The position numbers were made by a program, and so were the translations under genes. From assembly GCA_043228905.1 (NCBI GenBank), contig JBHGNT010000004.1, positions 17,980,001 through 18,044,000 on the forward strand: DNA of 64,000 bases, given 5' to 3'. Each line of letters opens with the position of its first letter. The stretch's first letter is position 1. The notes under the pieces are model-generated. The model did not search any database and was not told the DNA's origin. It worked only from the letters and a program-made list of their open reading frames with translations. This document shows, in pieces, positions 50,401-61,100 of the stretch. Source of the stretch: Azolla caroliniana. Its lineage: Eukaryota; Plantae; Polypodiophyta.

Positions 50401-51049
50401 ATTCCATTACGGAATCTCTCCGAAGTATATATTAAATTTTGTGTATCAGACTTCCTTTCACAACTAATTACTTGGTGTTTCTATTTTTTAACAACACAGA
50501 ACCATTAGCAAGATGGACTTAATGAGTGCGATGAAGCGAGACAAAGATGTAAGGATCCATCCTCTTGATCTTCTGTAATTTGTGTGAATCTTGTTTTCTT
50601 TTCTTTGTCTCTTTTCTCTTTTTGGTAATGGACAGGTATGCATCAAATTTAGACTCTTTCCATGGGGGAGTGAATTTCTTGTTTCTATAGATTGCAGCAT
50701 TTATGCAACTATCGAGAGCAAAAGGAAAAGACGGTCGGAGAGAGTCATTTGATTCTGTTTTCAATAGAATTGATAATCAAGGTTGGTTGGTTGGTTTATT
50801 TGTTTGTTTTTAGGTTTTCAAAGAATACCATAAATTAACAAAGATTACAAAAGGTTGAAGATTGTAACTTCCATTGTGATATCATTGTCAGGATTGGGTG
50901 TGATCACATGGGAAGCGTTTCTACATTTCTTTTCCATTGACATCTCACTTGTTGGTAGCGACACTGCACCTATCATACCTTTTGCGCCCTACATAACACC
51001 AATTCCTCCTAACCTTATGGTGCCAAAGCAAGTATTGCCTACATTCTAG
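47446..51049 (+). CDS. Uncharacterised ~336-aa protein with two C-terminal EF-hand-like motifs (10 exons)
   Basis: Exons 47446-47572, 47706-47810, 48503-48573, 48690-48758, 48898-49026, 49154-49200, 49407-49571, 50500-50548, 50691-50781 and 50892-51049. All are GT-AG, total 1011 nt, and stay in one open frame. EF-hand-like FRKIDIESTGTISKMDL and FNRIDNQGLGVITWEAF. Further 5' exons are possible. Confidence 0.8.
47946..48245 (+). repeat. Three ~105-bp tandem repeats in intron 2 of the EF-hand gene
   Basis: gagtggttcagacctgttcgtttgctatgtaatctaagg x3, separated by (tgca/tgta)n. Confidence 0.88.
49885..49950 (-). mobile_element. Possible tRNA-derived SINE head in intron 7
   Basis: Minus strand reads taccctactgg (A-box-like)...gtgggttcaaatctccc (B-box/T-arm-like). 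Confidence 0.35.
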
Positions 51050-52251
51050 AGGATTTGTAATTTCTTATCAAATTGTTAGAATTAATGAAAAGTATTACCT
51101 ATGTTATGTAGGATTTGTAATTTCTTATCAATTGCTCAAATAAATAGCGAGTTAAAATCATGCTTGTATGCACAAACGACATCTAATTGCATTCAAGTTG
51201 CACCTGTCAATTTGTAAGAATAATATGAAATGCAAACATACTGAGAATTTTTGTTATTGGCTTCATATACCTTCTTGTGTAGCTGTCATAATTGAGTTGT
51301 ATTGTTTGTAGTTATTTCTCTTTTACCATGATATTAAATTAATATTGTATATTGCGCACATTCACAAATAAATGGTATGGGTTCTAGGGAGTATGGATCT
51401 CTAGTCAAAAATCGCAAAATCAGAATCGAGAAAAAACATTGCTATATAATTAAAACATTTCACTCCATTTCAGTATGTGCAAATTTCTTTCATGACTTAA
51501 AACTTGTCTTCTCAATTATAGCAGCAATTTAAATACAGCGAATTGCCTTTGACAATGATGAAAAGGATATCATATTTGAATATTTCAAAAATCTAGAATT
51601 GGTAAAGATGGGAGGAACAATTGAACTTCCAAGAGTGGTCATCCACAAGAATTTGCTTCATGAATTAATTGGAACTAATTGACTTGTTTTTGCCATCCAT
51701 TGACCCAATTGGGAATACAATGAGTTATTTAGTTGAATGATCCTATGCACCTTGAGAAAAACCCAAATCACAAACCATATCCCTACTTGTGCATTGATTC
51801 TAATTGATCCTGTTAGTATCAAAAGAATGAATTGAATCTGAAAAAAAAAGCATTCACAGTTGACTGCGTGCTCAAGTTTTTTGAGATTTAAACACTTTCT
51901 TTTTATAAGGAGAAACTTATACATGTCCAGATTTCTTTTGTGCTGCTACAATATCTATGCATCGTTCAAAAGTTAATCTTCCCAGCTGCACAATAATCAT
52001 AGCATGTGCACTTACTCTATCCGTATCTGCTGGAACAAATCCATTTTAGGCTGATCACACATTAACGCCTTGGTACAACCACACCTCTTGCATTTCAAAA
52101 GATGCTTCACGTTAGGTGGGAGAAGCAATATTTTCTTCTCTTTTGATACATTTGGCGCCACCACGGGGCATTTTTACAAGCTTGGTGCCATCATGGGGCC
52201 AAGGGTATCCTTTATAGAAAACCTTTGGGGTGGAAAGGATGATAACAAAGT

Positions 52252-54276
52252 TTAGTAGCTATGATGCACTTTTAACTCATGCTTAACCATGGCTTGCTTC
52301 CTCATTGCTTCAATCTTCTCTGCATCCTCATGCATACCAGCAGCTGTATAGATATTAATCATAGAGAGGTAAGTCGAAGTATTCTCATTATCAATGACTA
52401 TTGCTTGTTCAAAAACCTGTCTCCCAAGCTTCACATTCTCCCATTTCCGGCATGCACTTAAGAGAGCACTCCAGGCTGGAGTATGGTCAGCTGATGACAT
52501 GTTTGTAATCATATCCATTGCCTTATCCAAGTGACCTGCTCTGCCATAAAGATCAACCATGATAGTATAATGCTCTGCCTCTGGTAAAACCCCATATTTC
52601 TTGATCATATTTGCAAAATACATTTGCCCCTCATCCACTAGACCAGAGTGACAGCATGCATTTAGCACACATAGAAGTGTGATTGAATTTGGAGAGAAGC
52701 CCTGACTTTGCATTAGTTCAAAGCAGTTCAATGCTTCCACACCTTTGCCTTGTTGAGCATATCCTGAGATTAATGAAGTCCACAATGTCATACACTTCAC
52801 GGAAAGCTCATTCATTGCTTCTTGTGCTTTTGCGAGTGCACCACATTTGACATACATATTGACCAAAGCAACCCGCAACAAATGATCTTTCCCTAGCAAT
52901 CCATTACTTACAATCTCATTATGCATTTGTTTTCCTCTGTCAATTGCTCCTGAGCTGCCACAACCATTCAAGATGGAAGTGAATGTTATTGCATTTGGCA
53001 AGAACCCTTCACGCTGCATTTGTTCAAAACATTTGATAGCTTCCTCACCATCTCCCTGTTGAGCATATCCTGAAATTAGTGCGGACCAAGAGGCAATATT
53101 CCTCACAGGAAGCCCATCAAGCACATCATGTGCTTTTGCAAGCATACCACATCTGGCATACATGTCAACTAAGGAAGAACCAAGCACAACATCATCTTTT
53201 ACCATATCTTTACTCATAATCTCGTCATGAATTTGTCTACCCTTGTGAATGGCCCCAATGTTTGCACATGCCTTCAAAATGCAGCTGAAAGTGACAGCGT
53301 TTGGAGAGAGACCTTCTTCGTTTAACCGTTTGAAGCAATTCAATGCCTCCTCATTCTGCCCTTGCTGCACGTATCCGGAGATTAATGCAGTCCAAGAAAC
53401 TATGTCTTGACCACTTAGTTCACCAAGCACGTGCTGAGCTTCTTCGAGCACTCCACATTTTGCATACATATCCACCAATACAGTTTCAAGCACAACATCT
53501 TTTCCCAACAACCCTTTCTTGACTATTTCACTATGAATCCCTTTTCCTATCTCAATTTCTGTACAAGCCCTCAAAATGCAAATGAATGTAATCACGTTCG
53601 GGGAGAGGCCATCGTTCTGCATTTTTTCTAGACATTTCAGTGTTTCCTCTGGATATCCATGCCGAGCATATCCTGCGATCAATGCAGACCATGTGACAAC
53701 ATCTCGCAATGGAAGTTCTTCAAGCACTTGTGCTGCATCTGTCATCATACCACATCTTGCATACATGTCTACTAAACTATTCCCAAGCACCGTGTTGTTT
53801 TCTAGTAATCCCTTGTTGGTTATTTCATCATGAATTTGTCTACCCTTCTCAATAGTTCCTAGACTACCACATGCTTTCAGGATCCCATTGTAGGTGATGG
53901 CATTTGGAAAGAGACCTTCACATTGCATCTGTTCAAAATAGTTGAATGCTTCTGAGCATTGACCTTGTTTGGCATAACCAGCAATCAATGCAGACCAAGA
54001 GATTACATTCCTAACCGGAAGCCCATCAAAAACTCGCCGAGCTCTGGCAAGGACACCAAATCTCACATACATATCAAGTAACACATTGCCAAGCGCAGCA
54101 GGTTTTCGAAGAAACCGTAGATGTAGAATCCGATTGTGGATTTGTTTGCCTTTCTCAACATCTCCTATCCTGCAACAAGCCTGTATAACAGAAATGAAGG
54201 TGAAGTGATTGGAAAAGGAACCCTGATGTAGAGTTTGTTGGTACCAGTTTAAAGCTTCTTCACCGTGTCTCTGCAT
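52252..54276 (-). CDS. PLS-class pentatricopeptide repeat protein with E domain, no DYW (organellar RNA-editing-factor type)
   Basis: 674-aa intronless ORF with repeating P-L-S triplets (LVDMYARCG; VVTWSALIAGYA; PNAITF..ILKAC). It ends in E-type HYTIMVDLYGRAG...WSALLSACR...YLSMINIY. Confidence 0.92.
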   Translation of the reverse strand: MQRHGEEALNWYQQTLHQGSFSNHFTFISVIQACCRIGDVEKGKQIHNRILHLRFLRKPAALGNVLLDMYVRFGVLARARRVFDGLPVRNVISWSALIAGYAKQGQCSEAFNYFEQMQCEGLFPNAITYNGILKACGSLGTIEKGRQIHDEITNKGLLENNTVLGNSLVDMYARCGMMTDAAQVLEELPLRDVVTWSALIAGYARHGYPEETLKCLEKMQNDGLSPNVITFICILRACTEIEIGKGIHSEIVKKGLLGKDVVLETVLVDMYAKCGVLEEAQHVLGELSGQDIVSWTALISGYVQQGQNEEALNCFKRLNEEGLSPNAVTFSCILKACANIGAIHKGRQIHDEIMSKDMVKDDVVLGSSLVDMYARCGMLAKAHDVLDGLPVRNIASWSALISGYAQQGDGEEAIKCFEQMQREGFLPNAITFTSILNGCGSSGAIDRGKQMHNEIVSNGLLGKDHLLRVALVNMYVKCGALAKAQEAMNELSVKCMTLWTSLISGYAQQGKGVEALNCFELMQSQGFSPNSITLLCVLNACCHSGLVDEGQMYFANMIKKYGVLPEAEHYTIMVDLYGRAGHLDKAMDMITNMSSADHTPAWSALLSACRKWENVKLGRQVFEQAIVIDNENTSTYLSMINIYTAAGMHEDAEKIEAMRKQAMVKHELKVHHSY

Positions 54277-57200
54277 GGCATATCCTCACAAGTAATGGAT
54301 GCATTACAAGGCTGAAGCAGCTACATTTCAAGGGCTCGCTTCATCTAATCCGCGTACTTGATGGGCTTTCTGAAAGTCTTATCACAAAACGGAGCAGCCA
54401 TTACAGCCCCAATCAGTGCACTCCAAGAATCTACATCTCGAATTGCCTCCTTGATCAGGAAATGTAGACATGTTATTTTTAACCTTCCAGTCATAAGGGC
54501 ATCTGCATCTGCGTCTGCCATTACAAATTTACAATGCTGCTTTGAACTGCATACTCCATAGCTAATGATTCGGTGCCAGAAACGCTAAAATCAGTTGGGT
54601 GGTAAATTGTAATGAAGGTCCAAGGGATTTGTGAAGCAAATCGAAACTTGTTCCAGAGCTTTTATTTCGGTCTACATTGCTTCGAATCGCAACGTGGTTT
54701 CTCTACGAGAGGTAGTAGAACCGACATGATGCTTCTATGTCTCCGAAAACTACCAAGGCGTATTATGTAGAATTCATCTAGGGTAGAATTCATCTAGGGA
54801 CATTCGCTAATATAAGGCCACAAGAATAAATGAGAATGTAAGAACTAGTTAATGAAGTGAAGAAAACTGTGTGACTGAACTCACTGAGAATTTCATGGAC
54901 TAAGGCATTTGATGTCCTTTCCAATGTACAAATGGGCAATGAAAATATGTGCACTATGCTTGATCTTGGGTTGAATACATTGCAAACCTTGAGAATTTGA
55001 TGGCTAGATCAAGTAGTAACATATGAACATTGTGCATACTACTATAGTTGTAACAATACCAAAATTTTGGATCCTTATGGCAAGGAAACAAGTGCCAATC
55101 ACACTTTAAAACACCCTTATGTAATGTGGGATATAGTATGGATGAAGAATAAAGAGCACATTATATCCATTATTTACCTAGGAATGAGGCTAAATGTTAG
55201 AACTTAGCATAATCACCGAGTACATGATATATATAAGAAAAGGGATTATGAAAGAGTTGAGACCTAGGATGGCTTGAAGAGTCCATGACGAGAAGAATTC
55301 CGTCATGTGAACCATGATCCTATAAGGCTTGAAATGCATCAAAAATGCTTGGTCAAGTGGGATATAATGCCAATCAAAGCATTCCTTAAGGCTAGAAATC
55401 AATGACATGGGCGTAGCAAAGAGATTATGTTATCTCATCATTTAACTTAGTATGGTGTTTCTATGTAAATGCATGGCCCAAATGTTAGAAGCATGCTAGA
55501 ATGGATAGGTCTTGCGAAATGACTACCTTTGACATATAGTTTGCAATGAACAACTCTAAATTTAGAGAACTATTTAAACATATAGGTGCCACAATAAGCA
55601 TATCACAATGCTTAATTGGGTTTTTAACTAAGCAAGCATACTCTCCAAGTGGGCTTAGATTCTCATGATAAAAAGAATAATATTACCTTTGTAGCTCATT
55701 GAATTAACAAGAGGGAAGCAGTTTATCAAGTAAGGGACAAGCCACAGTTGACTTGTGGATCAACATCCAAGGATCATCCAGAGTTAAGCACAAGTATGAA
55801 AAAGATTTATTTATTTTTGTTCTCGTATGGTTGGAACTCAGTTAAGAAATTTATTTTATGTTGGTTTTCATTACACACACGAGAATCATTGCATTCCTTT
55901 GTAGTGAGGTGCATCAAGATCGATGCCTTTGTTGTCTAAACAAAGAAAATGTGTCCACCTGAAATTATCCAATGATTTGTGGGCCATTATAGGACATTCC
56001 ACATGGCTCTTTATTCTTTTGTTACTTGTATGAGGTCTAAGTTAGTTTAATAAACTTTTCATGGTTTTTCTTGTAAGATATATAATGAGTTATGAATACC
56101 AATGTAAGTTCCAATGCAAACATAGAGACGTAACCTAGTTGTAAATGACCAATAGATACACAACCTGAGTCCTCAATCACCCATGAAGGAAAAAAAGATC
56201 AAACTTGAGATGGTATTTAAGATTAACTTGAAATCTTCATAATGTGTATGGATGTAGATGTGCACATGATTTGTTCAAGTAGTCATCGATGTACCCATCA
56301 TAAACTTCCATTGGTTTCTACTAGCCTCAAAATTTTGGTTTATTCCCTAATAGTTCCACCTTCTCCATGTCGGGGTGCTTGAAGATGATAATCCCTTGGT
56401 TCCATTCGGCTTTGAAAATTATCCATAGATCAATGCCTACATGACAAACACAAGTTCTCGATCATAAAGCACAAGTTCTCGATCATAATGGTCATACTCT
56501 CTCACAATAGAAGGAGAGATCGAGGACGGCTACTATAAACGATTGTAATAGGGTTCAATCATGCAATTGAACCGATTCTTAAATATTCCACAAAAATCAA
56601 ATGGTGCTCGCTACGAGTTCTTGATGACACACCAAATCGTTATATGGGCAATGAAGAACTTTGCTATGATAAAAGTATGCTCTATTAATTTGGGACTCTG
56701 ACTCGTACCCTTGACTTCAATCTTAAGAGAAGATGAAAAACCTTTCATGATAACCTAGCTTGATCTATTGACAATTAGATGAATATATCATCTTGGATGC
56801 TTCGATTCCTCCTCCTTAAATAGGGGTTTGAGTAAGAGTACATTTAATGTGACTACATGCGTGTAAGAGTGCATGGAATGCATGCAATGTGCAATTGCTA
56901 CTTGGCACACATGTTTTAACATGTGATGCATGAAAGCCATGTTGCACATCCGAGTTCATGTATGGAATAATGCATCACACATAATTATGTTGATGAGAAT
57001 ATAAATATGTAAAAATACTTATCTTAATGATTCACCCTTGGTGGTTGATATATGAGGTTTATTAGGTTCAAACAAGACTATTTGAAATCATTTTTACATT
57101 GTGAAGCAATGCATGATGACACTGCCCAATTATGAGTTAATCTAGCAACAACAACTACAAGATATAACATTCATGCAAGGTCTTTACCTCTACAAACAGA

Positions 57201-58163
57201 AAAGCAACCATGGGTTGATTGGCATTTTCATTTTTACAAGTGACTACTAATATCTTGCATCTAATGTTCCTCTAACAATGTGATACCTCACACCGAGTAA
57301 GTCACCGACCTACCGCCTCTCAGAAGGGCCACCGAATGTTCCTGCAAATTATGGTAAATACCTAGAATATACGCCATTACCCAGAACTTGAATGCTTCGA
57401 TGGTTATCATCTAAGGTGGAACAAGAATGGAAAGTACATAGCTCAGATCATGGATGCATGTAGATCGTAAAATTGGCTGGCAGTTTGAATTTGCCACTCA
57501 TAGTGAAGGTCATCATTCAGAGAGTTTTTGACTGGGAGGGGTTCTACATTTGGGATTTGGCTCTAAAGTGACGTGGACTAGTAACAGGTGAGCAAATGAT
57601 TCTTCTGGCAATTATTTATGTGAGGTAATCTGGGAGAGTATCTATTACATACTTTACTTACTAATGTGGCCTGAGTTTTGTTGAGTGAAAAGCAAGTAGA
57701 AAATTCTTTCATGGGTGTAGTGAATGGTGACCAGATAATTGTACTGTCTTAGTATGAACCATACGTTCATTCGCATTCGAGAACGTTTCAATAATTCGAG
57801 TATGGTAAAAACCCTCGAAGTATGGTAAACACCATACTTTTGTATTCATTATTTATTATAAGGTAATTTTTTTAAGGTATGAAAATTAAGGTAAAAAGTG
57901 TAAAAATATATATAAGAATGTTTTGATCACATACGCATTCGTTTACATTCGTGTAGAAAAAGAATGTTTTGCCAATCCATTCGAGTATATTACATATGTA
58001 CATATGTAGTGTTTTTTTCACACACATTTCTTCATATAATTTGTGTATGTGTTTTCACTCCCACAGAAAAGAGAGCCCGTGCATCAGATAGGAGAAAGAG
58101 AAAGAGAAAGAGAAAAACAGAAGGGAAGACCTACATTTTTCATTGCAATCATCTTTTTTCTCC

Positions 58164-61100
58164 ATGTCAGGAGGTTTCTTCAGGGTAAGGATCTCTCTGA
58201 TTACTGTCCTGATTTGTCTTGTTTTGTTTCTGTTCTTGAGTTTTTGCTTGTTTTCCTGGAGTTTCTAGTGATTTTCCAGGACTCCTTCTACACAAATCTC
58301 TTTCCTTGAGATAATTGATTCACAGAAAATAGCTGCGTGGTGATTTTGACTCAATCCTATGTTTTTTTATGTTTCTTTCTGTCTTTGAATCTTCTTGTTT
58401 TCCTAGGGTGTCCTGTGACTTCATAACCTTTCTTGTTTTCCGGGGGGTTTCTTCTTCTTAAAATACTTCGCCTTATCTTGATTTAATGCTGCAACTCTTT
58501 TTGTTTTTCTTTGGGTTCCTGTGAATTTCTTGCTTATCTAGGGCTTTTTCGTTGCATATTATTTCCATTATATTCCGTGATTTGCGAAAGGAAAAGCTTT
58601 GCCTGGTATCAACTTAACCGTGTAGCTCGTTTTTGCTATTTTCTCACTTGTTTCCGAATCTTCTTGTTCTCTTCCGGTTCTGATGTTCTTATGTTGCTGT
58701 GCTTCTTTGGAAAACATTTTCTTGTGCTGAAACTTATGGCTTGACTGAAATCTGGCATTCTTTGTTTTATCTTATTTTGGATACTCTTGTTTTCCTAAAT
58801 GTTTCTAGGTTTTCTTCTTCATAGATTATTCCTTTACAATCTGTTCTATACATTTTGCAAAGTTTGATAACCTTTTTGAAATTTGGTTGAATCCTCCTTA
58901 TTTGATAGATTTTACCTGCAGAATCGTTGTTACATATTGTTCTTATGTTTTTTCTTGTGATACTCCATAGTTCCAGCCTCTTCAGGTAGAACTCCATTAT
59001 TTGTGATTGAGTCCGCATGATGCTCCTCTTGAATTGATAGTTTTGTCCGTGAAATCCTTGTGCTAGATTGTCTGTGAAATCATTTCTACTCTTTCTGAAT
59101 AATATTGCCTATTTCTTACTGAAAAACCTGCCTGACACGCCTGTGATTATTATTATTTGTTTTGGTTCAATTCTTATGTTTTTTTCCCCCGCAATACTTA
59201 TCTTCTTTTCTATGCTTTTTGCTGTGGTAAGGGCACGTCTGCCGATCAAGATACGAGGTTTTCTAACAAAGCGGCCAAGCTTCTTAAATCACAGAAATTT
59301 GCCCCTGAGCTTGATCAACTGGTAATTAAACAGAATTCCTCTTTTTGGTTTTTAGCTTGAATCATTAGACCAAGATCGTACTGATGATTTCAATAACAAT
59401 ACAATGTTTTTTCTGAATTCTGATTTCAAGGTATTGAAATGAAAAAATGTGAACTTTTTGAATGCAAGGTGGACATGAGCAAAGTTAACATGGATGTCAT
59501 GAAACCATGGATAGCGACTCGAGTGACACAGCTACTTGGTTTTGAGGATGAAGTCCTCATTAATTTCATATATGAACTTCTAGGGGGGAAGGTAAGCTGT
59601 AGAACGCGAAAGTCTATTAGCATCAATCATATTTCTGTATCTTTAATAAACAGACGGGAAACCAGTGCCTCTATAACTACTACTTTTCCTCATTATAACT
59701 GGTTAATTTCTTTTATATTCATAGAAACGGAATGCATACGTCCTCATTGAGTGAGTTTCTTTGCAGAATGTTGATGGAAAGCAAATTCAGATACAAATTA
59801 CTGGATTTATGGAGAAGAATACTGGGAAATTCATGAAAGAGCTTTGGGGTTTATTGACTAGTGCACAGAATAACATTAGTAAGATACCCCAACAATTTTT
59901 GGACGAGAAGGCAGAGGAAACAAGACAGAAAAAGGTGGAATTTTAGTTTTCCTGAAACGCAGCATATAGAAAAAAGGGATCATATAATTATTGAATGTTG
60001 TCTATAAATGAATAAAAGAATCTTAGAAGGAACAAAAGAGAGAAGGTTGTCTTGTTTGTTATTTCTATATTTACTCATAGTTTTGCTAAGAATTGTCTGG
60101 TTTTGTTAAAGGTTCAAGGGTTCATAGGCTGAAAGAATTCTTTACAGGCTGAAGAGCTACGAGTCATTTCAGAGGTGCGGAGGAAGGAAGAGGAGAAAAA
60201 AGAAGCAGAACAAGCACGAGCCAAGAATCAGGTACAGTTTGAATCTGTCCTTTCAGGAACTAGTTCTCTTCCTTCAGTTATAATTTCAGAGGAAAAACTC
60301 TGAAATATTCGTGTAGTTTTTTTATTTTCTTAATGCTCCCAAGTTTTCATTATTTCCTCAATTGCCGCTGGTTAGCCCATGAAAGAGAGAAAATGGTATT
60401 GAGTTGACCATGTGATTGCTCAATAGTGCATATTACTTCATATAGAAATAGTGAAAGGGATTGTTGGGGAAATAAAGAGAACTCTATGGTATGTGAGAGT
60501 TTTTCCTTAATTCCTTTCCATTAGATGTTGTGAATAAATGGGGAAATTTATCTTATTGCAGGATGTTTCTTTACTGGTAGCAGAGACTCCTGATACTCAT
60601 ACTGCCAAACGAAGTGGCTCACCTAAAGGCGATAGATCACCATATAATGGTCGTATTGATGCAAGTAATCGGTGAGTTAAGATCATGTTGTTCTGAAAAT
60701 TTCAGATATTACCATAGGTGTTTAAATACTCACATGCAAATTGTCATTTGGATATTGACTTAAATCATCTTGATGTATGAAGTCAGTGTTATGGTTCTGT
60801 TAGTTACACAAAGTTCCAAAGCTCTATTCACAAGGAGCTTATCAGACAAGCTACATTCATTTTACTGAGTTTTCAAAACTGAGATACAGTTTTCTCCTTA
60901 TTTTGATATTCATTATTACTGTTACGAAATCCAGCAGGGACGCAGGGATGCAGGGACTTTAAAGTTTCCTCACCAGGAACTTATAAATTATATGACTAGA
61001 TATATATCAATGTTCTCTATGAGGCCAAAACTGCCCATGAGGCCGAATGAGAAATTAGATTTTCATATATATTTATGTTCTCTATGAGGCCAAAATATGT

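Noticed and set aside
54800-57960. Old TE remnants or short ORFs between the PPR and SRRM1 genes
   Set aside because: No recognisable motif, termini or TSD. Only small local duplications are visible.
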